A stretch of 64,000 nt of DNA. It comes from an uncultured Flavobacteriales bacterium (GTDB lineage: Bacteria; Bacteroidota; Bacteroidia; Flavobacteriales_D; Sanyastnellaceae). The notes under the pieces are model-generated. The model searched no databases and had not been told where the DNA came from. It was given only the letters and a program-made list of their open reading frames with translations. Made by a program: the position numbers and the translations under genes. Numbering within the stretch: the first letter of the stretch is position 1; every line of letters starts with the position of its first letter. Positions 1-9,028 of this stretch are shown in pieces. The DNA is taken from positions 3,442 through 67,441 of the forward strand of contig CBFHRO010000002.1 of assembly GCA_965658245.1 (NCBI GenBank), given 5' to 3'.

Positions 1-711
1 AATTGGGGAGGGTCCAAAAACCAACTTGGCACCTTTGCCTCGCCCTTGGCAGTGCACATCGACGTACGTTGGATGCAAACCCTGCCTCAAAGAGATTTTT
101 ACGCGGGATTGGCCGAAGTCGCCAAGCACGCCATGTTGGATGGAAATGCATTTGAGTTGTGTGGCGTGAAGCTTCCGCCTTGGCCCACCACGGAGGACGG
201 ACATGAACCTTGGACTCGACTTCTCACGCAATCCTCACAGGTCAAGCAACAAATCGTCTCAGCGGACCCTGAGGAGCGAGGTGAGCGATGCATCCTGAAC
301 CTGGGACACACCCTTGGTCATGCCATCGAAGCGTGCACTGCATTGAGCCCTGAACCCTGGCTGCATGGAGAAGCCGTGGCCCTGGGGTTGCATTTTGCCC
401 TGTTTGAAATGTCTCATCCTTCACTCACCACGCGCCCCGCGTCCAACCATGCCCGTGATCAAGCCGGGCAAATGACCCGTTGGCTCCATGACCATGTGCC
501 GGTGCCAAGAAACTGGCCTTTTGATGCCCAACAACTCTGGTCGCACATGGTGCATGACAAAAAAAATGTGGGCGATGAGATTCGAGACGTGGCTTGGCGG
601 GGTGTGGGCCATGTGGTTTGGCCTGTGCATTGGAAAAAGGACTCCTTTGAGGCAACTTGGCAGGCATTCGTGCGTTCTTGGAACAGTGCTCACCACGACA
701 CTTCGAACTGA
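1..711 (+). CDS. aroB: 3-dehydroquinate synthase, C-terminal part (5' end lies outside the window)
   Basis: Frame is open from nt 1. The translation carries AroB motifs 'RCILNLGHTLGHAIE' and 'HGEAVALG'. TGA at 709-711. Confidence 0.85.
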   Translation, partial: NWGGSKNQLGTFASPLAVHIDVRWMQTLPQRDFYAGLAEVAKHAMLDGNAFELCGVKLPPWPTTEDGHEPWTRLLTQSSQVKQQIVSADPEERGERCILNLGHTLGHAIEACTALSPEPWLHGEAVALGLHFALFEMSHPSLTTRPASNHARDQAGQMTRWLHDHVPVPRNWPFDAQQLWSHMVHDKKNVGDEIRDVAWRGVGHVVWPVHWKKDSFEATWQAFVRSWNSAHHDTSN

Positions 712-1775
712 TGCAACAAACTGCTGCTGAATTGGCCGTCCTGCTCGACGGAAAAGTGAATGGAAATCCTGACGTCCGGGTCAAACGTCTCGCCAAAATC
801 GAATCGGCAGGCCCCGGATCGGTGTCTTTTCTTTCAAACCCGGAGTACGAGCGATTCATTTACACCACTGAAGCGACCCTTGTCATCGTCTCGGAAAGAT
901 TCGAAGCCAGTGAAGCCTTGCCGGAGGGACTGACACTCTTGCGCGTCGAGGATCCTTATCGGGCTTTTGCCAGGTTGTTGGAAGCGTACGATGCCGTCCT
1001 CAATCGTCAGGAGGGGGTTCACCCTACTGCAATTGTCGAGGAAGGTGCGGTGTTGGGAGAAGGTTGTTTTGTGGGGCCTTCTGTGGTCATTGAACACGGC
1101 GCTGTCATCGGAGATCGCGTCGAGCTTCACGCCCATGCTCACGTCGGCAGGGATGTGCGGATTGGTCAAGACTCTGTGCTGCACAGCGGCGTCAAAGTGT
1201 TGGATCGGTGTGTGATTGGGAATCAATGCACTCTCCAAGCCGGGGCCGTGGTGGGGTCGGATGGGTTTGGCTTCGCCCCCAAGGAAGATGGCACCTACGC
1301 CAAAGTGCCGCAAACAGGCAATGTGATTCTGGAAGACCACTGCGACGTCGGTGCGATGACGACCATCGACCGCGCCACCCTTGGAAGCACCGTCTTGAAA
1401 AAAGGCTGCAAACTGGACAACCTCATCCAAGTGGCGCACAACGTGGTGGTGGGAGAAGCCACGGTCATTGCTGCCCAAACAGGCATTGCAGGTTCCACCA
1501 CCATCGGCGCCCGATGCATGATCGGAGGGCAAGTGGGCATCGGAGGCCACTTGTCGGTGGCCAACGGGAGCAAAATCGCGGCCAAATCGGGGGTCTCGGC
1601 AAGCCTGATTCAGGAGGGGCTGACCTACCAAGGCAATCCTGCCGTCCCTGTCAAGCAGTTCCAAAAGTTTCAGATTGCCCTTCGTCGATTGGCGAGAATG
1701 CCGTTGACAGAGCGTTTGGAAGCCATTGAGCAAGCGTTGGAAACTTCGCTCCCGACCCGAGAAGAACGAAGTTGA
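711..1775 (+). CDS. lpxD: UDP-3-O-acylglucosamine N-acyltransferase
   Basis: ATG at 711 overlaps the aroB TGA by 1 nt. N-terminal LpxD domain ('VSFLSNPEYERF') is followed by a long run of left-handed beta-helix hexapeptide repeats. It sits in the conserved lpxD-lpxC/fabZ-lpxA order. Confidence 0.92.
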   Translation: MQQTAAELAVLLDGKVNGNPDVRVKRLAKIESAGPGSVSFLSNPEYERFIYTTEATLVIVSERFEASEALPEGLTLLRVEDPYRAFARLLEAYDAVLNRQEGVHPTAIVEEGAVLGEGCFVGPSVVIEHGAVIGDRVELHAHAHVGRDVRIGQDSVLHSGVKVLDRCVIGNQCTLQAGAVVGSDGFGFAPKEDGTYAKVPQTGNVILEDHCDVGAMTTIDRATLGSTVLKKGCKLDNLIQVAHNVVVGEATVIAAQTGIAGSTTIGARCMIGGQVGIGGHLSVANGSKIAAKSGVSASLIQEGLTYQGNPAVPVKQFQKFQIALRRLARMPLTERLEAIEQALETSLPTREERS

Positions 1776-1806
1776 CCTTTCCAAGCGCTGACGTAGGTTT
1801 GCAGCC

Positions 1807-3225
1807 ATGATTTCGTCGAATCGTCAACACACATTGGCCGCGGACCTCGAGTTCGAGGGCATCGGCCTCCACACCGGCCAACACGCCCAATTGCGCATCC
1901 TGCCAGGAGAAGCAAATACGGGATACGTCTTTGTCCGGAAAGATCTTGATGGGGAACCTGCCATAGAGGCCCTTGTTTCCAATGTCGGTGAGACCCGCCG
2001 AGGCACGACCCTTCAGTCAGGAGAAGTCGCGGTGCATACGACCGAACACGTGTTGGCCGCCTTGTACGCTTCAGGCATTGACAATGCGGTGCTTGAGCTC
2101 AACGGTCCCGAAGTCCCTATTCTCGATGGGTCCGCGATGCCTTTCATGTCCCAAATCGCGGAAGCCGGCGGCACAGAACAAGAAGCCGACCGACGCTTTT
2201 TCAAAGTCAGAAAGAACATCAGCTACCGGGGCGATGATGGGGTCGAAATGTTGATTGTCCCTCTCGAGACAGATGAATTCAAGGTCACTGTAATGGTGGA
2301 CTACAACAGCCCTGTGCTTGGCACCCAGCACGCACGACTTGAAAATCTGGATGCGTTCACAAAGGACATTGCACCTTGTCGAACGTTTGTCTTCTTGAAG
2401 GAAGTGGCTTCCCTTGCTGAACAAGGCTTGATCAAGGGCGGAGACATCGCCAATGCCGTGGTGCTCGCGGAGAGGGCATACACCGAGGCCGAGATGAAGG
2501 ACATTGCCCAAGCCCTTGGTCGTGACATCTTGAGCGGCACCGCAGACCAGCCAGGCGTGGTGAATCCCTCCGACTTGCGGTTTCCCAACGAGCCCGCCCG
2601 TCACAAGTTGCTCGACATCGTGGGCGACTTGGCATTGACAGGCCGGTTCATTCAGGGGCACGTGCTTGCCGCCCGTCCGGGCCACGCCGCCAATGTGGCC
2701 TTCGCCAAGGAGCTGGCCAAGGTGATTCGCACGCAAGAGGACTTGCCGGACTTCAGAACCGACCGACCGTCACTGATGGACATCAATGACATCGCGGCAA
2801 TGCTCCCCCACCGCTACCCCTTCCTCTTGGTCGACCGCATCATGGACATGGATAATAAGAGCATCACCGGCGTGAAAAACGTCACCATGAACGAGCCTTT
2901 CTTCCAAGGACACTTCCCCAACAACCCCGTCATGCCAGGGGTTCTCCAAGTGGAAGCCATGGCCCAGGTGGGGGGAATCTTCGCTCTGTCCACCGTGGAA
3001 GACCCCGAGAACTACTCCACCTACTTCATGAAAATCGATGGGGTCAAATTCAAGCAGAAGGTGTTGCCGGGCGACACCGTGGTGTTCTATTTGACCTTGG
3101 TTTCTCCGATCCGTCGAGGGTTGGTCAACATGAAGGGGCGCGCTTATGTTCGAGGCGAACTGGTCTCTGAGGCCGAGATGTTGGCCCAAATTGTGCGCGA
3201 CCGCGCCCCCAAAGAAGAAGCATGA
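1807..3225 (+). CDS. lpxC: bifunctional UDP-3-O-acyl-GlcNAc deacetylase / 3-hydroxyacyl-ACP dehydratase (LpxC-FabZ fusion)
   Basis: N-terminal LpxC motifs ('GIGLHTG', 'TTEHVLAAL', 'EPARHKLLDIVGDLAL') are fused to a FabZ hot-dog domain ('LPHRYPFLLVDRI', 'FFQGHFPNNPVMPGVL'). This fusion is typical of Bacteroidota. Confidence 0.95.
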   Translation: MISSNRQHTLAADLEFEGIGLHTGQHAQLRILPGEANTGYVFVRKDLDGEPAIEALVSNVGETRRGTTLQSGEVAVHTTEHVLAALYASGIDNAVLELNGPEVPILDGSAMPFMSQIAEAGGTEQEADRRFFKVRKNISYRGDDGVEMLIVPLETDEFKVTVMVDYNSPVLGTQHARLENLDAFTKDIAPCRTFVFLKEVASLAEQGLIKGGDIANAVVLAERAYTEAEMKDIAQALGRDILSGTADQPGVVNPSDLRFPNEPARHKLLDIVGDLALTGRFIQGHVLAARPGHAANVAFAKELAKVIRTQEDLPDFRTDRPSLMDINDIAAMLPHRYPFLLVDRIMDMDNKSITGVKNVTMNEPFFQGHFPNNPVMPGVLQVEAMAQVGGIFALSTVEDPENYSTYFMKIDGVKFKQKVLPGDTVVFYLTLVSPIRRGLVNMKGRAYVRGELVSEAEMLAQIVRDRAPKEEA

Positions 3226-4016
3226 TTCACGAATCTGCCCAAGTTTCGCCCCTCGCTCATGTCGATGCCTCTGCCCACATCGGAGCCAACGTCGTGGTCG
3301 AGCCTTTCGCATTCGTCGGTCCCAACGTGCACATCGGTGCAGGAACCTGGGTAGGCCCCAACGCCACCGTCGTTGGGAACACCAAGGTGGGACAAGAGTG
3401 CAAACTCTTCCCAGGATGTGTGGTCGGCGCCGATTCCCAAGACCTGAAATACAAAGGGGAGCCCACCACGGTGGAAATTGGCGATCGCACGAGCATTCGC
3501 GAATGCGTGACCATCCACCGCGCCACCACCGACCGCATGGTCACGCGTGTGGGTCACGATTGCCTCATCATGGCCTACGTTCATGTGGCGCATGATGTGC
3601 AAGTGGGGAACCACGTGATTTTGGCCAACTCTGTCAATGTGGCGGGCCATGTGGTCATCGAAGACCACGTCATCATTGAAGGCATGGTGGGCATCCAGCA
3701 ATTCGTGCGCATTGGAACGCATGCTTTCATTGCTGGAGGGTCTCTCGTTCGAAAAAATGTACCTCCGTACATCAAAGCGGCGCGCGAACCCTTGAGCTAC
3801 ATCGGCATCAACGGCATTGGGTTGCGCCGGCGCGGGTTTGACGTGGACCGCATCCAGGCCATCGAAGACATCTACCGCACCTTGTATGTGCTGAACAACA
3901 ACATGTCCCAAGCGGTGAAAGCCGCGGAACTGGAGCTTCCCACTTCTGAGGACAAAGACATTGTGCTGTCGTTCATCCGGCATTCCGACAAAGGCATCAT
4001 CCGAGGGCCATTCTGA
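3222..4016 (+). CDS. lpxA: acyl-ACP--UDP-N-acetylglucosamine O-acyltransferase
   Basis: ATGA overlap with lpxC/fabZ. Hexapeptide repeats are followed by the LpxA C-terminal helical domain ('YIGINGIGLRRRGF'). Confidence 0.93.
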   Translation: MIHESAQVSPLAHVDASAHIGANVVVEPFAFVGPNVHIGAGTWVGPNATVVGNTKVGQECKLFPGCVVGADSQDLKYKGEPTTVEIGDRTSIRECVTIHRATTDRMVTRVGHDCLIMAYVHVAHDVQVGNHVILANSVNVAGHVVIEDHVIIEGMVGIQQFVRIGTHAFIAGGSLVRKNVPPYIKAAREPLSYIGINGIGLRRRGFDVDRIQAIEDIYRTLYVLNNNMSQAVKAAELELPTSEDKDIVLSFIRHSDKGIIRGPF

Positions 4017-4020
4017 AGCC

Positions 4021-4638
4021 ATGTCGTCTCTTGCCACGTTCCAAGCCCAAAAGCTCGTGCTCAAACGCGGCACCAGGGTCATTTGGGACGAAGCTTCGTG
4101 GACATTCCAAGGGGCGTGTGCCATTTTGGGTGCCAACGGATCTGGCAAAAGTTCGACCCTGGCGGCGCTGGCAGGCCAAGTCGCGCCAGACGCTGGGAAG
4201 CTGACCTTTCAAATTGAAGGGCGGACCATCCCTCATGAGGAGTGGATGACGTCGGTGTCCTTGGCCGCACCTTGGGTGGAATTCCCGCGACACCTCACAC
4301 TCGAGGAGATGCTGCGTTTTCACGGCACGTTCAGGGCATCGCGCGAGAATGATTTGGGGTGGGAAGCGCTGCTGGATGCCTCAGGGCTGGTTGTGGGCTC
4401 CACGGTTCCTGTGGGGCAATGGAGCTCGGGGCAACGGCAGCGACTGTCGCTGGCACTCGCTTTGGGCACAAAAACGTCTGCCGTGCTCCTCGACGAGCCT
4501 ACGAGCAACTTGGACAGTGAGGGAACCCGTTGGTTTCAAGGTGTTTTGGCGGCAGTTTCGAAGCAAACCACCACCATTGTGGCCACCAACGACCTGAACA
4601 AAGAGGCGCCCAAAGCCGCGTCAACGCTGACCATCTGA
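4021..4638 (+). CDS. ABC transporter ATP-binding protein (stand-alone ATPase, no permease adjacent)
   Basis: ATG at 4021 lies 4 nt after the lpxA stop. Walker A 'GANGSGKSS', signature 'WSSGQRQRL', Walker B 'VLLDEPTSNLD'. The upstream part of the 3961 ORF overlaps lpxA and is not needed. Confidence 0.8.
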   Translation: MSSLATFQAQKLVLKRGTRVIWDEASWTFQGACAILGANGSGKSSTLAALAGQVAPDAGKLTFQIEGRTIPHEEWMTSVSLAAPWVEFPRHLTLEEMLRFHGTFRASRENDLGWEALLDASGLVVGSTVPVGQWSSGQRQRLSLALALGTKTSAVLLDEPTSNLDSEGTRWFQGVLAAVSKQTTTIVATNDLNKEAPKAASTLTI

Positions 4639-4721
4639 AAAAAAAACAACAGGAATTGTAACCACATCGGAGCCCGGGGCGTAACAGGGGGAAAATCTTC
4701 AACCCTCTCATCTCTCTAACG

Positions 4722-5999
4722 ATGAACAAGTTTCTTTACCCCCTCGCTGCTTCGGCAGTCCTCCTTACCGGCAACCTCTTCGCACAGGAAGCCGGCATGT
4801 CCAACACCCAAAACGACGCAACACCCACCACAAGCGATTGTGTCCAATCCGTGACTGACGCCAATCGGACACTCGCTTTTGACGGTGGTGTGATCACCCA
4901 AGAGTTCGCCGCATGCGCATCTGGTCAATTGCAAGGAACAACCCTCGCGATCAAAGGCGCCGAAGCCAACGCATGGTACATGGCGGAGTTGGTTGACTTT
5001 CGTGGAAACGCCTTGGATGTGGTGCGCTTCACCAGCCGTGACGTGGTGAACGACGAACTCAGCCTTCCCTTCTCAGCCCGCGTTCAAGCAGGCAAGAATT
5101 ACTCCATTCAAGTCACCGCCCCAGAAGGCAAGACCCTCTCTCTCCGCTATTTGCACGGCCCCATGGGCACGCTTTGGAACCAAGGCAATCCTGTGCGCGG
5201 TGAGTTGACTTGCACCTTGAGCATTTTGAGCCGAGACCTGAACGAGGCATCGGCCATGCGTGAGACACGCGGCGACGACGCTCCACAAAACCGCGCTTTG
5301 GAAGGTCAATGCAAGACGCAAGTCGTCGGTCACGACAACTACGTGAAGTTGAATGGTTTTGGCAGCACGGTCTCCCAAACGTTCACGGCTTGCTCCAAAG
5401 GTGTGATGGATCACCTTTCCGTAGCCATTCACACTTCATTTGAGGACTTGAAGGGTCGTTTCTTCCTCAAGAACGCAGAGGGCGAGACGCTCTACGCCCA
5501 GGAGATTCGCAGCCGCAACATCGAAAACGGCGTGTTGAACCTCCCCCTCGACATCCGCGTGAACGAAGGTGACCAGTTGATGTTTGGCATCAAAACTTTG
5601 GAAAACAAACGCCTTTTGATTCACACCAACTCGCAGGGTCGTGAAGGAGTGTGCAAGCGAAATGGAGCCACGATTGAAGGCAACTTGGAGTTCACCGCGT
5701 ACATCGAAGAAGCGGACGAGACGCCCGCACGTGCCCAACTGCAGGATGCCAAAATCACGACCTTCCCCAACCCTTTCTCTGACCGCATTTCTGTGCGTCT
5801 CGAGAATGCCGCTGACGGAAAAGCCATCATCCAGCTTCTCGACTTCTCAGGAAACGTGTTGCGCTCAGACTTGGTCTTCGTGAAGAACCAAGAAGGTGAA
5901 ATCACGTTTGAAACCCGCGACATTGAGCGCCCAGGATACTACGCCCTCCGCGTCATCCAAGGAGACAACGTGAAGAACATCACGATCATGAAGCGCTGA
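4722..5999 (+). CDS. secreted protein of unknown function with T9SS type A C-terminal sorting domain
   Basis: Signal peptide 'MNKFLYPLAASAVLLTGNLFAQ'. Two homologous ~120-aa Cys-containing domains follow. The C-terminal ~80 aa match the Por secretion tail pattern ('TTFPNPFSDRISVRL...GYYALRV...KNITIMKR'). Confidence 0.8.
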   Translation: MNKFLYPLAASAVLLTGNLFAQEAGMSNTQNDATPTTSDCVQSVTDANRTLAFDGGVITQEFAACASGQLQGTTLAIKGAEANAWYMAELVDFRGNALDVVRFTSRDVVNDELSLPFSARVQAGKNYSIQVTAPEGKTLSLRYLHGPMGTLWNQGNPVRGELTCTLSILSRDLNEASAMRETRGDDAPQNRALEGQCKTQVVGHDNYVKLNGFGSTVSQTFTACSKGVMDHLSVAIHTSFEDLKGRFFLKNAEGETLYAQEIRSRNIENGVLNLPLDIRVNEGDQLMFGIKTLENKRLLIHTNSQGREGVCKRNGATIEGNLEFTAYIEEADETPARAQLQDAKITTFPNPFSDRISVRLENAADGKAIIQLLDFSGNVLRSDLVFVKNQEGEITFETRDIERPGYYALRVIQGDNVKNITIMKR

Positions 6000-6035
6000 T
6001 TCTCCCGCCTCACAACATTGAATGACAGACCCAAC

Positions 6036-6068
6036 GGCTCGAACCACCTCGGTTCGGGCCGTTTTTTT
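6036..6068 (+). terminator. rho-independent terminator after the T9SS cargo gene
   Basis: 10-bp stem GGCTCGAACC/GGTTCGGGCC (one G-T pair), 5-nt loop, then G plus T7 (6062-6068). Confidence 0.7.
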
Positions 6069-6102
6069 GCATCCAAGTTTTTTCAAGGACGGAATCTTCT
6101 GA

Positions 6103-7488
6103 TCAAGTTCGATCGATCAAATCCAACGCCGATTTCACAGGCTGAAAACACGCCGACGGGATTTCAACAAACCGCGTCAGCCATCCCGACATGCCTCCGT
6201 TCCACAACCCAGGATGCTCCAACACGGTGACCTCGCGTCCCTGCATGGTTTTGGTCGCCTTCATGTACCGCGATGCATCGACAAACTCCGAAAGTGACTG
6301 GCTTGGGCGCAAGGCACATACCATGTCCACGGGGTTGAAATGGGTCGCCTGGGCCATGAGGTGCTTGTTGTGCATGCCAAATTCAATGGACTCCACGATT
6401 TGTGGACGCACAAGACCGCGGTCCGTGCCGGACTGAACGCGAACCCAAAACGGCCCCCCGCCGGGCTGACCTTCATTGCGAACCATCCCAACCAAGCGCA
6501 TGGGCCGGTCCAGCCATGCCGCTGCTTCCGTCACGGACAATGTGGTGCCTTCCTCGATGCCGGCACCTGAGGCGTTCAGCCAATCCTGTACTGTCTCAAG
6601 CATTCGGTGCGAGTCGGTCAATTCCCTGCGCAGGCGCTCCCGTTCCTCCACCCAGGCGTCACACGCCGACAACATGGCCACGGTCCATTTTGCCCGCAAT
6701 TCGCGCAGGCTTGGGGAAGGGGCATTGTCAATGTTTCGGATCACAATCAAAGGCACAGCGGCCTCCTGGAGCAGAGGAAGAAGTGCCCCGTGTCCGCCAG
6801 GACGTCGGACCACTTGTCCTTGGGTATCCGTCAACCACGCTCCATCCTTGTCGAGCACAGGGGTGTCCGTGCTGGGGGACTGGAAAGGCAGGTGCCAGTC
6901 TGTGTTGGTCGCGAATTCGGAGGCACTCAAATGGGCATCAATGTCCGCGTGTTTGGCCTCGGGCACGGTGAACCACACCTTGGTGCGGTTGGGGAAAATC
7001 TCACGCCACAAGGCAAGGTGAGCGTCGAATGCATTTTCTGACTCGTCTCCATCCGCTCCACTGTGAAAGGCCACAAGACCCTTGGGGATGCTTCCCCCCT
7101 CCATGAGGTGCCACAACACTTCACACGCCTCGGTCGCTTGGACGTGCTCATTGGAACCAAACCGCCTGTGCACAGCGTCCTTCCAAGCCTTTCCAAATGC
7201 AAGTCGGTCTGCAGCTTGCCAAAGCTTGGATTGGGCCTCTTCGTCTGATCGCAAAAACCCAAACATTCGGGTTGCCGCGCCTGAAGCCGGAACCCAAAGG
7301 CCGCATTGCGCGGCCTTGTCCTCACGCCATCGCAGCAGCAAGTCATCGAATTCCTCCGACGACCACTGTTCAATGCCATCGCCAACCGTGCATGGACGCA
7401 CCACGTCCAAAGGCTGGGAAGACGTCGTCAAGCGCGCTCGACAAGCTTCAAGTGAAAGTTGAAAGAGTGAATCCTCCGGCGCAGACAT
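6103..7488 (-). CDS. DUF4301-like protein (possible UDPGP-like nucleotidyltransferase fold)
   Basis: 461-aa ORF with ATG at 7488. Motifs recalled from the DUF4301 family: 'VPASGAATRMF', 'RPGGHGALL', 'GMVRNEGQPGGGPFW', 'HFNPVDMVC', 'HPGLWNGGMSGW'. Confidence 0.6.
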   Translation of the reverse strand: MSAPEDSLFQLSLEACRARLTTSSQPLDVVRPCTVGDGIEQWSSEEFDDLLLRWREDKAAQCGLWVPASGAATRMFGFLRSDEEAQSKLWQAADRLAFGKAWKDAVHRRFGSNEHVQATEACEVLWHLMEGGSIPKGLVAFHSGADGDESENAFDAHLALWREIFPNRTKVWFTVPEAKHADIDAHLSASEFATNTDWHLPFQSPSTDTPVLDKDGAWLTDTQGQVVRRPGGHGALLPLLQEAAVPLIVIRNIDNAPSPSLRELRAKWTVAMLSACDAWVEERERLRRELTDSHRMLETVQDWLNASGAGIEEGTTLSVTEAAAWLDRPMRLVGMVRNEGQPGGGPFWVRVQSGTDRGLVRPQIVESIEFGMHNKHLMAQATHFNPVDMVCALRPSQSLSEFVDASRYMKATKTMQGREVTVLEHPGLWNGGMSGWLTRFVEIPSACFQPVKSALDLIDRT

Positions 7489-7520
7489 GCCCCGAAGGTA
7501 CGGTCAACTCGTCCGTGGTT

Positions 7521-7910
7521 TTACGCCCGTCTCAGGCCCTTCGAGCGTTGGTTCTGCCCTGCCACGGACTCGCTGAGGTCTTGCGAAAGCACGCGGCACG
7601 CCACCTCCATGTCCCGGGTCAACATGGACACCAATTCAGGCAAAGCCGAAGGATCCTCCCCAAACTTGCTGATCCGCTCAATGTCCAAGACCATTGGAAC
7701 CAAACCACGCATGCCAAGCATGTTGACACTGGATTTCAGCTTGTGCGCGAGGGGGTGCAAATCTGCCCAACGTCCCTCCTGAGCACAAGTCGTCATGTCG
7801 TGGCCAAATTGGGGCGCCTGACTCAGGAAGAGATGCACGATTTCTTGGACCATGGACTCGTTCCCATGAAACACCTGATTGAGATATGTCAAGTCGTAGT
7901 GACGGTCCAT
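7521..7910 (-). CDS. stand-alone histidine phosphotransfer (Hpt) domain protein
   Basis: 129-aa ORF with the Hpt phospho-His motif 'AHKLKSSVNMLGM' in a predicted helical bundle. It lies 32 nt upstream of, and co-directional with, the DUF4301-like gene. Confidence 0.75.
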   Translation of the reverse strand: MDRHYDLTYLNQVFHGNESMVQEIVHLFLSQAPQFGHDMTTCAQEGRWADLHPLAHKLKSSVNMLGMRGLVPMVLDIERISKFGEDPSALPELVSMLTRDMEVACRVLSQDLSESVAGQNQRSKGLRRA

Positions 7911-7975
7911 GTTCGGGGTTACGGCTTTCCGTATAATAAAGTTACATCCACCCTCCTCCGGCGTAGATTCGCACC

Positions 7976-9028
7976 ATGCCTCAATCCAAGAAGCCCCACG
8001 TGTTGGTCACCGGCGGCGCCGGATACATCGGCAGCCATACGGCCGTGGCCCTGCACGAAGCGGGATACACACCTGTGCTCTTGGACAACCTGCACAACTC
8101 CAACATGGAAGCCGTGCATGGGGTGAGGACGCTTTGCGGCCAGGATGTGCCGTTCCATCAATTGGATGTTCGAGACGAAGAAGCGCTGACTGCCTTGTTT
8201 CGAAATCACGCCGCCATGGGCCATGCCATTGAAGGCATCCTTCACTTTGCCGCTCACAAGGCTGTGGGGGAAAGTGTGGATGAGCCAGCCATGTACGCTT
8301 CCAACAACGTGGGTGGCTTGGGAACCCTTCTTCACGTCGCGAAATCCTTTGAAGTCAAGCACATTGTGTTTTCATCGAGTTGCACGGTGTATGGCGAGCC
8401 GGAGCACGTTCCTGTGGATGAGCGCACGCCTTTCCAGGATGCGGAGTCTCCTTACGGCTGGACCAAACAAGCTTCAGAACGCATCCTCCGTGACCACGCT
8501 GCGACCCATCCTGGACATCGCGTGGCGCTCCTGCGCTATTTCAACCCCATCGGCGCGCATCCAAGCGGCGTCATCGGGGAACTTCCCCTCGGAGTGCCCA
8601 ACAACCTGATCCCCTTTCTGACCCAAGCCGTGGCTGGGATTCGGGGGACGCTGACGGTGTTTGGTGGGGACTATCCCACCACCGACGGCACGTGCATTCG
8701 GGATTACCTGCACGTCATGGACCTCGCAGAAGCGCATGTCGCCGCCCTGGAGTGGTGCTTTGACCAAAAGGGCGAAGCGCCCGTGGTGCGGGCGTTCAAC
8801 TTGGGTACGGGACGGGGTGCCTCGGTGCTTGAGGTCATCCAGGCCTTTGAACGGGCCACAGGTGAGGCCGTTCCCTACCGCATGGGTGCGCGCAGAAGCG
8901 GAGACGTTGTGGCGATTTGGGCAGATGCCACACGGGCGAAGGAGGAATTGGGATGGAAGGCACAACGCGACCTCGAGACGTCCCTCGCCGACGCATGGCG
9001 CTGGCAGCAACGCCTCAAAAAAGCGTGA
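7976..9028 (+). CDS. galE: UDP-glucose 4-epimerase
   Basis: Rossmann motif 'VLVTGGAGYIGSH', catalytic 'YGWTK', full-length GalE-like sequence. Confidence 0.93.
   Translation: MPQSKKPHVLVTGGAGYIGSHTAVALHEAGYTPVLLDNLHNSNMEAVHGVRTLCGQDVPFHQLDVRDEEALTALFRNHAAMGHAIEGILHFAAHKAVGESVDEPAMYASNNVGGLGTLLHVAKSFEVKHIVFSSSCTVYGEPEHVPVDERTPFQDAESPYGWTKQASERILRDHAATHPGHRVALLRYFNPIGAHPSGVIGELPLGVPNNLIPFLTQAVAGIRGTLTVFGGDYPTTDGTCIRDYLHVMDLAEAHVAALEWCFDQKGEAPVVRAFNLGTGRGASVLEVIQAFERATGEAVPYRMGARRSGDVVAIWADATRAKEELGWKAQRDLETSLADAWRWQQRLKKA

Noticed and set aside
26-41. TGGCAC...TGCC, resembling a sigma-54 -24/-12 promoter. It was noted because rpoN is present in the window.
   Set aside because: The GG-to-GC spacing is about 3 nt too short for the TGGCAC-N5-TTGC consensus, and the site lies inside the aroB coding sequence.
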